Shown one piece after another: positions 46,701-57,200 of a stretch of DNA of 64,000 bases. The notes under the pieces are model-generated. The model saw nothing but the letters and a program-made list of their open reading frames with translations, was not told where the DNA came from and made no database searches. The stretch lies in IMG/VR virus record IMGVR_UViG_3300033141_000124, positions 46,544 to 110,543 of that record, one strand, 5' to 3'. This DNA is from a virus. A program made the translations under genes and the position numbers. Numbering within the stretch: the first letter of the stretch is position 1; every line of letters starts with the position of its first letter.

Positions 46701-49700
46701 CATTTAAAGGTATAATACCAGCATCTTCAAATATACTTGACACTACAGCAGCTGTATCTGGATTTGTTTCACTAAACAGTTGCATCTTTTGTATTATTTG
46801 TAAAGGATCTGTTAATCCTTGTAAAGCTTTTAATAATCCGTTGTATACAACATTGGCTCTTACAGGACGTACAAAAGGCACACCATTACTTAACTCTATG
46901 TTTCCAAAGTAATCAGTTGCTGGCATTGTTACGGTACTTATATACTGTCTTAGTCTTGCACTTAAATTATCAAAACCTCCTGTTAAATAAGTTTCTTTAC
47001 CAAACTGTGATACAGTTCTTAGTCCCCCAAGATCTTCTACAGAACTAAACTCCTGTCCGTCAGCCATAATTATCTCATTGTTACTATTCTGTTGAGCAGA
47101 CTGCAGATCTATTATATCAAGAAGATTCATCACAGAATCTTTAATGTTATCACTAAAGTCTTCAAATGCTAAAGTTAACTTCTCTAACATCATTCTTTCT
47201 GGTGAATCCTGATTGTACTGAGAGTTCTCTTTGCTATCTACATCATATAGTGTAGCAAAGTCATCTATTATTGTATCTAATTCTTCTTCTAAAATAAATG
47301 TAGGTTTTTCTGAGGTTGGTACAAAACTAAATTTCTTTTCAATTAATATACCTGCCATAGTATCTATGATAGGTTCAGCTACAATACTTGGGATATAAAG
47401 AATACCATCCTCTTTATTCTCATATTGTGCTTCATAAGGTATCAGTTTGTTTGCTTCAACACTAACACCATAGGCACCAGTAGTAAATTCATTTACGGCC
47501 ATAGATGCTGATGAAAACTTACCAGCATCAATATTCTCAAATAATGTATTTAGTTCATTTCTTCTAAATCTATTTACTAAAGCTTTAATAATTTCAATAA
47601 GTCTATTAAAGAAAGCTTTAATCTTACTATTTGTTTTGGTACCTCTTCTATCTTGTTTAAATTGTTCAAATCTGTCTGCTAAATATTCTTCAAAGTATTC
47701 TCTTTCTAATCTATCCTTAGACATTGATTTGTATGAAGGCCATGAGTTTCTTAGTTTCTGTAATTCAGATGCAAGACTTTTACCTTCTTTTCTTAGTTCA
47801 GCTAGCTTTTCTTTTCTTGCTATACTTAAATACTGATCTTGTTGAGTCTTTGTCAATAGCATTCTATACACACCGTGGAATGCTTCATGATATCTAAATA
47901 TATTATTAGCACCAGTATATACAGTACCTTTAACATCTAGACCACCTGCTATATCAGTAATGTTAATCATAAAGTTACCTACACGTTCTTGATTGCCTTT
48001 AAGATTATTACCTAGATCATTAATATCACCTATAGTTATAAACTCTGGTAAGTTTGTTTCCATCCAACCAGTAAAGACATTTATATCTTCTATATCTTTA
48101 GGAGTAAGTTTACTGTCAACTATCTTATTTGCACTTCTTAACTCATCTCTCTTCTTATAGAGTGCTTGTAATTTTTTGTTTTCTTTTAAAGCCTGTCTCT
48201 TTTCTTTACTTGATAATGATGCTGTCTTAGCTTTTATATCTTCTTTTAATTCTTTTATCTGTTTTAGTACAGTATCTAAGGTAACAGCTTCTTCAAGTCT
48301 AGCCTCAGATTTGACTGCTTCTATTGCTAGTGTCTGTCTATTAATCTCATCTAATATAGTTTCCATAACAGCCAATCCTTGACCAACTACATTAAACATA
48401 TCCTTTCCTGTAACTTCCTCTTCTGTTAATCCTTCTGTTGGACTAAATCTCTTATTATATTCTAATGCAAATTTACCTGCAGACTCTGCAGCACTTTGAT
48501 TAGCTAAAGATCCTTCCTCAGTTAACAGCCATGCAGAAACAAGATCAGGCATATTAGTTGGTGATAATAAATCTTTCTCCACTAACACTTGATCAATTTC
48601 TGTAGTTGCTACTGGTTCTACAAAAGAGCTTTCTATTATTGTAGGTTTATCTGCTTCAGCCTGAACATCTTTTGAATTAGCTGTAATAATTAATTTTTGT
48701 CCCTTTCTAAAATTCTGTGAATCTATAGCAGATTCTAAACCAGAAAAATAATCTGATACAGGAGCATCTTGTGCAATAGATACACCAAAGTTTTGTATGT
48801 TTAAAATAGGACTTTCATCTCTTGCTATGTAAGGTGCGTTAATTTTATCAATAAGCTTTTGGAATATTGCTTTTGCAGTTACTTCTACTTCACCTTTATC
48901 ATCTCTACTAAAATCTTGGTTATATAAGTATTCTGTTTTACCTACTTGTACATACTTAGTAGCACCTACTATCTGAGATCCCGGTCCTTTAACTTTATCT
49001 TTTACTGATAAAGATATACTACCAAAAGGAGTTACATCTAAAAAGAACTGTCTTCCTTTTACATCAGATTTAATAAATAGTTTCTTAGATTGTTTTTTAT
49101 TAAATTCTTTTGTTATGTTTTTATCTTTGACTTCTGTCTTATTACCCTCTCTAGTAACATTAGTTTCTAAAACTTTTTGAGCTTCATTTATATATTCATT
49201 TAATATAATCTCTAAGTCTGCTGCTGGTTGAGCCTTTGGTCTAGCAGTTGCCACTGTTAGTAATCCGCTAGGCTGTCTTAGCACAACATTATATCTGTTA
49301 GTTAGTTCTTGTTGAAATTTACCATCTGCATCTAATATACCTTGCTTAATTAATTGTTTTTCAATTATCTCTTCTAGCTCGGTTTGATCTTCTAGGTTAG
49401 TTATAATAGTAGGAATAAGACTTATTTGATCTACATCTAATACTACAAAAGTACTTCCACCTTTATCTAATGGTAAAGATGCTATCTCAGTAAATGTGTT
49501 TGGCTTTGTATAATTTGGAAACCCTTGGAAACTTGCAAGACTTAAATTATCAGGTAACTTACCAACTTCTATAGTTCCTTCTTGCGTATCACCTATTGCT
49601 TTTTTAACGGCAGCTTGTAAAGTTTTTGCTGTAGCAAAATTCTGTCTTACTCTTTTTAATGCACTACTTGGATCCTGATCACCCAAATATATAGTGCTAA

Positions 49701-52700
49701 GCATAAACTCTTCACTCATTGTTTCTGGAGAAACCACTACATCATCTTGTCTAAAGTCAAATTGATTACTTGGTAGGTAAGCAAAGACACCATTAGCATT
49801 ATCTGCTAGCGGAGTTATTCCAGCCTCTATTGCAGCTGCATTTAAACTTTGTAGTATTCCAGGTTCTACAATCTGTATCCCTATAGAATATTCATTACCT
49901 CTATCTAAAATATATTTATTTGGTAATTTATTTAGTTCTGTGTCTTGTCCAGGTATCTGATATGATCCAGGATTTGGATTTGGTGTACCAGGCTTAATAA
50001 ATATAACTAAATTATCTACTTGCTCTGGACTTAAAGATCCTATGAAAAAGTTTAGTCTTTGATCAGCTGACTCTCTACTTTCTTCATCAGCTTGATATCT
50101 ATTATTTTGATGAGGCCATGCTCTTATTACTTCATCAGGTGGTAACTTAGCAAAGTTAGGCCCTAATGGTTCTAATTTTATTTCTTCTTGAAGTCTATAT
50201 CTACCTATAAAGTCCTCTTCTCTTACTGGTCCAAATTGTTTTGCAGCTTGACTATTAGCATAAAAGTTAGCTGAGAATTGTTCTTGTGGAACTAAATATA
50301 TAACAGTTGGATTAGTTTGATTACCTCTAGCATTAGTATTAACTACAAATACATTACCTTGGTTATCAACCACTCTTACTCCTCTACTTAATACCATACC
50401 ACCAAATAAGAATGTAGTACCATCTGACCCTTCTTTCTCTAATAAATCAAATGCATCTTGTGCAGCTTGTAAAGCACTAAAAGTTCCTGAAGCATTAGTA
50501 CCTATCATCTGCTTCATTCTATCATTAATTAAATTACCATCTTTGTCTAGTAAAGCATATGTAGTAGTTTCATCTGGATTAGTTTCATCTAATACTCTTT
50601 TTTGTAAATCAACTACTAATCCTTCTTTAATAACACCTTTAGATGGTGCAGCCTTAGTTGTTTTATATATAGATATATTTACATCTAACTCTTGCAGAAC
50701 ATCTCTTACAGTAGGATTTGTATCTGCATCATTATTTATAAAATCTTGGAAACCAATCTCTTCATCAAGCTCTTGTTGTGAAGGAATAAATTGTACTGTA
50801 TTACCATTAGCATCAAACTTTTGTATACCAGCACCCCATATTTTCTTTAGTGAATCAAATCCTTCTTTTATATTAAGACCTTCTGGACTTTGTTTCCATT
50901 CATTAAAAGTTAAAAGAGTATCACCAAATGTATTAGCTTGATATTCTCTAAATTGTTTTTCATATATTCTTTGTAGATTCTTTGACTGGGATGTGTCTTT
51001 TATATTTACATCTATACCAGCTGCATTAAGTGTTTCTTTTACTTCAACAGAAGATTCTTCTACAGCAGCTTCTTCTATACCAGCCTCTTCTAAAACTTTG
51101 TTTACTGAAGTTGAGTTAACATATACTTGTATAATAGGATTGACTATTGTACTAATAATCTTCATATCCTCAACTACTGTTGGGTTCAATACACGGCCTG
51201 CATATATATAAGTCCTTAATTTATTTACATCTCCTGTCTCTAAAAATACTCTTGCTTCTTTAGGATCTAAGAAAATATTTTCTTTTGCCAATTCATTTAA
51301 GAAACTATTTTGATTATTTTTAAGAATATAATCTTCTATCTGTGCTCTAAGAATAGCATTCTTATTTATACCTAACATTCTAAAATAGTCTCTAGACCTA
51401 GATATTAAGTCTTCCATCTTATTAGGATCCAATAAATAATCTATAGTTTGATTAAACGCATAAGCATCTTGAGATAAAGTAGCATAATCAATAATCTCTT
51501 GTATAGCTTCATTTACAGCATCATTATCTACAAATGTACCTTGTTGACTAGCTAAAGCCTTTAGATAGAGTTTTATAGGTCCAGCTAAGCTTTTCTTTTT
51601 TCTTCTATCATAGAAACCTTTTTCTGTCAAGTTAGAATTGTATACTTTACTTATAGCCTCTAATCTTTTCTTTCTTGTTTGTTTATCCTTTAAATTTTTC
51701 TTATCTCTTTTTTTATCTAGATCAGATAACCCTGTTACATTTTTTAGATTAGATTGTAAAACTTCTATCTCTTGAGTTAAACGGTCTATCTCAATCTCTA
51801 AGCTTTGACTATCTAATAAAGGAGTTACATCATTAGCAGACATCTTGCCAAATAATGGTGTTGAAGAAAGTTTACTAGCTATACTAGTCTTTCTTTGTAG
51901 AGCATCCTCAAAAGCTCCTTGTGTAAACATACTAAACATCTCCATATGTTTATATGCATTCTTTAGTGCTACTTCATCATTATATTGTCTAGTACCTGGT
52001 GTAAATAATTTAGGCTCATATCTTTTCTTAAAGACATCCTGTCTTTTATCAAACATCTCTCCATACTTATTAATAAGATCTTGTTGTTTAACAAGTTTTT
52101 CTCTTATCTTCTGTGCGTTACCTTCATCAGGAAATGCTTGAACTAATTCTTCATCAGTTAATTCATTATATGCTTTAAGCTCTTCTTCTTGTAATGCAAT
52201 AGTTCCATTTTGAAACTTATGAAACAGATTGGCAAAGTTGCCAAAATACATATAGTTATTCCAATTATACTTATCACCTGCTGTTAAAGCCTCATCTTGT
52301 GCATCTATAGTATTTTTAGAAAGAGAAGCCATCATTTGTGTTGGGCTTAGAATTTGTTCAATAGGTGTTGTCTCAGCACCGCTTTGTCCCATTGAAGATT
52401 CATTAGCTTGTTGTACAGCTGTGTTTATTACTTCTGCCTCTGCTGCTTTTTGTGAAGCATAGTCTTGTCTAGAATTTTTATTTCTTCTGCTATATAAGTA
52501 AGGCATCCCTTGGAAGAGAACCTGTTGATATGGACCCGCAAGTCCACTCATTAAAAATCCTGACATAAATGTTTCAAAACCTTGCTCACTAAATTGATCT
52601 TTGATACCTTCCATGGCAAAGCTACCATATACTGGTTTTATAGCTGCTCCCGGTTCTTTTAATAAAGCACCATAATATCCCTCATTAGTTGCAGCTATTG

Positions 52701-54273
52701 CTTCTTGTGATACTTCTTGTATACCTTCTGCTATACCACCTGCTCCATATCTTAACATGGCTCCTGCAAAAACACGTGGTGCACCTCTAAGTCCGGCAAC
52801 TTTAAGTTTTTGACCTAATGCACCAAGCATATATTTACTTTGTTGTTTATAAATACCTTTTAATGCTTTACCTGATAATGGATCTACCAAAGGATTTGTT
52901 CTAAAAAGTTTTTCTACAACTCTCTTAGATGGTCCATTTCTCCAACCACGTAAAGCTCCACGTAGGAATAATTTGTTAGAGAAATATATGATAGCTGTAT
53001 TTTGCATCTGACTTCTAAAGGCAGCTTGTCTTGACTTCTGATCTATATCTGCTAATTGTTTTGCTGTAACTTGTTGACCAGGTTGAATTTGATTTAGATA
53101 TCTTAGTTGATTATCTCGTACTCTATTTTCAACCATACCTGCTTCAAGCTTACCTTCTGCTAATGCTAAGTTAACTTGTCTAAAGTCTCTATATGCTGCA
53201 CCAAATAAATTATTACTCTTAGAAAGATTAAATAAATTTTGTGCTGCATTTCCTGTTGTATTCCATTCTGATATAGCACGGGTTACCTCAGGAGCAAATA
53301 TTTTACCTACTGCTTGAGCAGTTCCATTAAAAAGCTGTCTTGCATTTTTTACATCATTCAATGTTCTAGCCATAGCCATTCCAGCACTAGCATATCTTTT
53401 AACATCAAATAAATTAGCTATTTGTCGTCCTGCTCTAAATAAGTTTCTACCTGTACCAGCTACAAAAGCACCAACCCCTCCTGGAGCTCCTACTCCAGTA
53501 CTAGTAAGTGCAGCTGATCCTGCTGCTAATATTAATTCTTCTATTGCTATAGATGTAATTATACCTGCTGTATAACCAAAGCTTAATCCTACATTTGTTA
53601 CTGTACCAAAAGCACCACCTCTACTAGTAGATCCTATTCTCATGGCTTCCTCCATATTAAATGCACCATCTAGATCAGGTTGATCTATATATCCATCACC
53701 ATCAAACATATCTCCTATGGCATTCCAAGATGCAGTAAGACCTGTTCCAAACTGTTTTCCAAATTGACCAAAGGCTCTTGTTAAATCATCTAATTTACTA
53801 CTGTTAGCATTATAGTAACTTTCATTATCAGCATAAGGCTTGAAACCTAGTTCACTATAACTAGGATGGTTATATTGCCTATCAAAATTCATATTGACAA
53901 TATTACCATAGATAGGATTATTTATATCTTGAGAATATTTTGTTGGAGTTTGTGCAGCTAAAACTAATTGATCTGCTAAAGATAGATCAGATGTTTCACT
54001 TTTACCACCTGGATTAAAACCTACATCTGCTAAACCGGGATCTGGTGCTTGCAAGTTTGCATAAACATCAGGTCCAAACTTAAACATATCACTTTTATAT
54101 CTTTCTACAGATAATAGCCCTGCTGGATCAGCCATTTTAAGATAGTCTTCTCCATACTGTCTTGTGTCAAACAAATCTTTAGCCGTTACATACGGTGTAG
54201 TTTGATTTGCAACACTTCCAGGGACTCTCTCTTCAGATAGTTTTTCTGATAAAGGTGTATTCTTTTGTTCCAT
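40798..54273 (-). CDS. Giant virion-packaged two-barrel RNA polymerase polyprotein with zincin domain
   Basis: RIPSQDKHS...AGSDFDID (43525-43539); DNADAQMW and KKLVY..FLKMS beta-like motifs; YHEAFH (47875-47889). Confidence 0.88.
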   Translation of the reverse strand: MEQKNTPLSEKLSEERVPGSVANQTTPYVTAKDLFDTRQYGEDYLKMADPAGLLSVERYKSDMFKFGPDVYANLQAPDPGLADVGFNPGGKSETSDLSLADQLVLAAQTPTKYSQDINNPIYGNIVNMNFDRQYNHPSYSELGFKPYADNESYYNANSSKLDDLTRAFGQFGKQFGTGLTASWNAIGDMFDGDGYIDQPDLDGAFNMEEAMRIGSTSRGGAFGTVTNVGLSFGYTAGIITSIAIEELILAAGSAALTSTGVGAPGGVGAFVAGTGRNLFRAGRQIANLFDVKRYASAGMAMARTLNDVKNARQLFNGTAQAVGKIFAPEVTRAISEWNTTGNAAQNLFNLSKSNNLFGAAYRDFRQVNLALAEGKLEAGMVENRVRDNQLRYLNQIQPGQQVTAKQLADIDQKSRQAAFRSQMQNTAIIYFSNKLFLRGALRGWRNGPSKRVVEKLFRTNPLVDPLSGKALKGIYKQQSKYMLGALGQKLKVAGLRGAPRVFAGAMLRYGAGGIAEGIQEVSQEAIAATNEGYYGALLKEPGAAIKPVYGSFAMEGIKDQFSEQGFETFMSGFLMSGLAGPYQQVLFQGMPYLYSRRNKNSRQDYASQKAAEAEVINTAVQQANESSMGQSGAETTPIEQILSPTQMMASLSKNTIDAQDEALTAGDKYNWNNYMYFGNFANLFHKFQNGTIALQEEELKAYNELTDEELVQAFPDEGNAQKIREKLVKQQDLINKYGEMFDKRQDVFKKRYEPKLFTPGTRQYNDEVALKNAYKHMEMFSMFTQGAFEDALQRKTSIASKLSSTPLFGKMSANDVTPLLDSQSLEIEIDRLTQEIEVLQSNLKNVTGLSDLDKKRDKKNLKDKQTRKKRLEAISKVYNSNLTEKGFYDRRKKKSLAGPIKLYLKALASQQGTFVDNDAVNEAIQEIIDYATLSQDAYAFNQTIDYLLDPNKMEDLISRSRDYFRMLGINKNAILRAQIEDYILKNNQNSFLNELAKENIFLDPKEARVFLETGDVNKLRTYIYAGRVLNPTVVEDMKIISTIVNPIIQVYVNSTSVNKVLEEAGIEEAAVEESSVEVKETLNAAGIDVNIKDTSQSKNLQRIYEKQFREYQANTFGDTLLTFNEWKQSPEGLNIKEGFDSLKKIWGAGIQKFDANGNTVQFIPSQQELDEEIGFQDFINNDADTNPTVRDVLQELDVNISIYKTTKAAPSKGVIKEGLVVDLQKRVLDETNPDETTTYALLDKDGNLINDRMKQMIGTNASGTFSALQAAQDAFDLLEKEGSDGTTFLFGGMVLSRGVRVVDNQGNVFVVNTNARGNQTNPTVIYLVPQEQFSANFYANSQAAKQFGPVREEDFIGRYRLQEEIKLEPLGPNFAKLPPDEVIRAWPHQNNRYQADEESRESADQRLNFFIGSLSPEQVDNLVIFIKPGTPNPNPGSYQIPGQDTELNKLPNKYILDRGNEYSIGIQIVEPGILQSLNAAAIEAGITPLADNANGVFAYLPSNQFDFRQDDVVVSPETMSEEFMLSTIYLGDQDPSSALKRVRQNFATAKTLQAAVKKAIGDTQEGTIEVGKLPDNLSLASFQGFPNYTKPNTFTEIASLPLDKGGSTFVVLDVDQISLIPTIITNLEDQTELEEIIEKQLIKQGILDADGKFQQELTNRYNVVLRQPSGLLTVATARPKAQPAADLEIILNEYINEAQKVLETNVTREGNKTEVKDKNITKEFNKKQSKKLFIKSDVKGRQFFLDVTPFGSISLSVKDKVKGPGSQIVGATKYVQVGKTEYLYNQDFSRDDKGEVEVTAKAIFQKLIDKINAPYIARDESPILNIQNFGVSIAQDAPVSDYFSGLESAIDSQNFRKGQKLIITANSKDVQAEADKPTIIESSFVEPVATTEIDQVLVEKDLLSPTNMPDLVSAWLLTEEGSLANQSAAESAGKFALEYNKRFSPTEGLTEEEVTGKDMFNVVGQGLAVMETILDEINRQTLAIEAVKSEARLEEAVTLDTVLKQIKELKEDIKAKTASLSSKEKRQALKENKKLQALYKKRDELRSANKIVDSKLTPKDIEDINVFTGWMETNLPEFITIGDINDLGNNLKGNQERVGNFMINITDIAGGLDVKGTVYTGANNIFRYHEAFHGVYRMLLTKTQQDQYLSIARKEKLAELRKEGKSLASELQKLRNSWPSYKSMSKDRLEREYFEEYLADRFEQFKQDRRGTKTNSKIKAFFNRLIEIIKALVNRFRRNELNTLFENIDAGKFSSASMAVNEFTTGAYGVSVEANKLIPYEAQYENKEDGILYIPSIVAEPIIDTMAGILIEKKFSFVPTSEKPTFILEEELDTIIDDFATLYDVDSKENSQYNQDSPERMMLEKLTLAFEDFSDNIKDSVMNLLDIIDLQSAQQNSNNEIIMADGQEFSSVEDLGGLRTVSQFGKETYLTGGFDNLSARLRQYISTVTMPATDYFGNIELSNGVPFVRPVRANVVYNGLLKALQGLTDPLQIIQKMQLFSETNPDTAAVVSSIFEDAGIIPLNEKDEVINELPLQLKNPDFFNKVVKAFTNFRVEWYFQQRDDNGNTLIHSASQRDDATTQVDNWSEAYTSKLQEWQDDPRKKTRALKTLAKVKNSLRQANEKIQNKTVNKLAKDLSRDLYEAIGFRVSVGYMRFSLLKSRVKKFKNQETELAFYPNLEPITYDQLQALQSLIAAGQDPFDKGIEGAASRIKTIALNNAVLDETVGASVFKNSNGDLVNSHQQPTYHLVKTKKLNSVEERNRLKEDPFLNNNYLLNSQAFNALADNQQIKISRVSGTKILNQLSTELDPNRSSALKTTDFGKFTPGEFIISNINLYLANLNYLTDNVSSFVLVKDPVSGIETEVALSPVLNRVIESSNTGDLTTLPIIKAIEKVKGKDVITSEALDVFYDFVKNEYNRIVRERNADELTQSVQGYNLEDSEVTPRGFTFANNDYLLEPATKVALEGQAKGEPISFEQALKNSGLSVTQFKNQLRKKLGERYLLFKDLIDSNNVREKIDKRIRFGLNENAIDNGVDALYNLRQNDEEYNLKQIFLSNAINVKSLNELLLGDQAKTLKNFNDKTKRAKAQNGAGLSAYTPFIDPQKGINHATDKINLITISEPTSISSISGQSIDNADAQMWITVKAFRHFFFGFGMLSDAQAQALDKVQQGERLEWSEIQNLIDQQGMINSKKLVYFDGETFLKMSAFVLTPELTSKRNADGLFVAKPNAVSLHNLRVRLEALEEGTETVSIAAPLSAIKMLKQDIIPYQELKMPEPGFSQESSTLSAQFMRLQQINPSNKKKITELSQMKTLITNEQSPRLSKKIERYNDLISQRQRMKFFNKRNLSFDENNKFNPVLFSKYAVNSLKASQVNSNIIEFFSLDKFNQPKYNLNNPYTIAKFEQLFLSYFSQDVFQEKVPGTSFALVSSFGYQIYRRVFSVDSNGIPQRQEVLRASVVDRTNIPVDTRTAEDLVGIDIPKEGIVILDRLRYNMPEYDDSGKATGNKYSEGIYPPQFESVYSLQDTDQSIPKVVSDMFTVRIPSQDKHSAMGVRMVDFLPAFYGSSAMFADELVEIAGSDFDIDVGYSQRKDFYVRDKEFIEYGNNYEDYVNYINREVKEVGTIYNSALELYNLQGSLIEDSLTDIEDTSAETAGFSRESIGALQALSLPVTKQQFNEFIAENGYAPYDAPINNEIVDIRRELVGNKEMTSGDMIAYSPANLDIMKAAWETLSSEAFVPSLKSREIVDLQNIDDMAGQTIAFTNNKGASIGSVVSPNLYLSLIVQRGILLDRQSFNLDGEFYSTFKGSKTKDGARKQDIISSVVTMMTDNAKEYFVAKLGLNSHATRMLTNMIAIGVPLNTSLLLLNNQFIQQQYTEIANSDIATKGIKGRVDDQLAELEKVKALEPTQEILIAGVDNMSNLTAGQQKGILSVFKNIMRISDFTAKLNSVLSLNNGLGKDMLRLDKRKSDINDMLEEGRDELPLLQFGSIFNNTYLGELRKMFDNLYDDLLPNVFLTRTNKFKVSEINLLGELNQQALEFNPNLRSKVRKDILAYFTIQNYINQKLDSDAFSVEGMNNNLIYPSADNKLNTIISAVERLKKTDPGNFFLENFITTLPAQAKQNFAGINLVRSNSWRRLNRIQMSDLQTSFNKLYNNLDTRKDARKIIAYIFVKDAMQLAPGSLIQALSPYVLEDYLQSIPQNLDNIPMVGGEFIRNYLSAASSQDLLAIKKQDNRVEDMPIVYKTLSPTDPITGERKSITYRRLQEEDIEGIETAQQLVQSNEYYTDAKVVDIKGSPLQNAIGFIFGDVPLTKDLRKSNSQIKNDEGLDMSQNFADAAIEQDIQEEALSNPSFNTVYNGEDIIIETADGTQVNIDDVNKLASLEADFQAATDELGIEEVGIIDDNIVPPITESVQLTLDLLSETDPAVGYPEITEFWDNNIESGEFSMQVEAFKEQNNVNTLEDLIDLYENNPNSFWSKPEDLIEQIKRCNL

Positions 54274-54286
54274 ACTGCTGTTTTAA

Positions 54287-57200
54287 CTATTGGTTTTCTA
54301 CTTGATTTAGCTGACCTTCTCTATTAGATTTAGCTTTTTGGCTTTCTGCTGTATACCTTTGATAATTTCTTGAATACTGTTGATCAACCGCAATCAATAC
54401 ATTATCTAATTGCATATCTAAATCTGATACTATTTTTGTCTTTGGTACTATCTCCTCTGAGAATCCATTTGGAAACTGAGATAGGTCAGCTCTATAACTA
54501 CGCAATACTCCTTCCATATAGTAGTCATTACCAACCTTAGTAAATTTAAAATCTGCATTTGAGTAACCTTCTGGAAACCATGGAGAAGGATGCTGTGGAG
54601 GTAATGTATATGAACCACTTTCAGATCTATTAATTCTTTGTATTAATGAAGCAGATCTATCTACATTCTGAAATCTTAGTGGATTTGATTTTATAGTTTG
54701 GTTTCTTGGGAATATATATGTAAAACCGTTTCCTAGTATCCTTTTTATATCTGATTGTTCTACGCCATCTGGATAATTTTTATTATCTCTAAGTATCATT
54801 TTTTCAAAACCATCATCAAAACTTGAAAACTGATATGCTGCATATGGTTGCTGTGTGCTCTCACCCTCTTTATCTATTACTTCAGGTCCCCATGTTGGAA
54901 AGAATGATGCATTAAAAGTTACCTTACTATTTTTACCTTTAGACTTTCTTTCTGTTATTATTTGATCCCATATATATTTAGCAGCTCTATTATCAACTTC
55001 TCTAAAGTCTATACCTTCTGGTTGCATATCTGTAATATCATCAACATCTGCAATAGTATACCCAATCCAACCGTCTCCTCCTTCTACAGCAGCATTACTA
55101 TTATTTATTTGTCCTAACATAACACCAACAAATCTATCTTCATTACTTCCTGCTTTAGGTAATAACTTTGTATTAACACTAGTAACAGCATTAAATGCAA
55201 TATTAGCACCTGGATCTGATGGATTAATACCTCTTGAGTTATTGAAGTATGTTCTTGATGGGGTCTTACTAGTTAATTCATTCACTTTGTTGTAGTAGTG
55301 ATCATATATTTTATCAACTACAGTCCTTAATTTATCTTCATCTATTTCTTCTGATACTATTGTTTCTCTTGCTTTATTCATATAGTCAGTATCTCCCATA
55401 AGAACGGGACTACTTGAAAGCATCATAGCAGCTCCAAACTTCCTAGCACTAATCTCATTTATAAAGTTAGTATTATTTAAGAAACCATATAATGCTGGTG
55501 CAGAAGCTGGGTCTATATCACCGTTCTGTAACGCAGTAAGCATATTATTATAGTATTCATCTTTACTTAACATATAACCTGTTTCCTCATCAAGAGGTGG
55601 TTTAAAGCCTACTTCATATAAAGCTCTAATATCTTGTTCATCCTTAGTTAAATAGTCAGTACTATTAGGAGCACCTGCTGCTACAGCTTCAGAGTTTTTA
55701 ATTTCTATAGAAGATGTAATCTTATTAACTTTACTAGCCTTATCTTCTTCAGCTACCTTGACGTTATTTATATAATCATTATATCTTACATAAACTCCAG
55801 CTGCTTGTTCCTTATTTCCTGCTGTAAATAGTTTATTATAGATACTTTGGAAATCATTAGTAAGTGCAATACCCGGATTTTCTAAATGAGCATTATAAGA
55901 ATTTTTATAATATGATGCTGCATCTCCAAAGATTGTAGCAATAGCCTCTTCATTTTTAAATTGATCTGTGTCTAGATCATCATCATCTTTTACTTTTGTA
56001 TTTAAGAAACTTTCTATATCTTGTAAAGTTCCTTCATAGTATTCTTGCTTCTGTCCTTTTGTATCAACATGTGGTGCTGGAATCTTATATATACCTTTTC
56101 CTTTATCTACTAAATATTTATCACCTGCATTAAATATCATGTCAGGCACCATAGCTGCCATGTCATTATCTAATGCAATACCATCCTTAGCCATTCTTAA
56201 TTCATCAATTTTTAGAGGATTATTCTTATACAATAACTCTCCTTCAGAATCAACAAAGAAACTATTAGCCTCACCAAAATCTGTAGATGTAGAGCCATCT
56301 AACATTTGAGCTGTCATACTATTTTGTAAATTTTGTTCAAATATTTTAAGATCTTTTTCTCTTTTATATTTGTCTTCTTGCTCCTTCATTGCAGCCTTAT
56401 GTCTAGCTGATATTGCTCTTAGCTCTAAATCACTCTTATACTTGTTCAAGGAGTACTCATTAACTTCTTGTTCAATCTTCATACCTCTCATAGAAAATTG
56501 TCTAGCAGCCTCACGCATATCTTGATCCATATTATAGTTAGCTAATAATGCAGATGCTTTATTATATAATGCAGTTGGATCAGGATCTGGACTTTCAGAA
56601 AATTGTTTTTGATTAAAAATTCTATCAAGCTGTAGTTGTATTTGTTGAGCCTGTGTTTCAGCTTGATTAGCTGCTTCCTCATCTAAACTACCAGGTACAA
56701 TACCATGTGTTTGTGCATAGTTTTGCCAATTAATATTTATTTGATTTGCAAGTCTAGCTTCATATTCTGCTTGACCTTGTATTTCAGCATTTAATGCATC
56801 TATTCTACTAATAGTTTCACTAGCCCATAGTTCTAGTCCTTGATTTTCTGTTGATACTTTGCCAGCTTCTAAAGCTTCTATAGCAAAATTATTTGCTTGG
56901 ACGTATGATTTAGCATTATAATATTTTTGTACTCTAGGATCATTGTATAAAGAGTTCATAATTTGCATATATGCTTCACCTTCTACTAGTGCACCATTTG
57001 TTTGTGTAATTATAAAATCATTATTTGCTTTTAATATAGGTTGACCATTCTTATCTAGCTTTCCTGTATCAATCATATTAGGAACAGGTTGAGTAATAGT
57101 AAGTGCAGGATCTAAGTCAGATAAGAACTTTTGTGCATTTCTAACCAAATCTGCATCTAATACCAACTCCGGTAAAGGTTGCTGTAAGATTTCTGTACGT

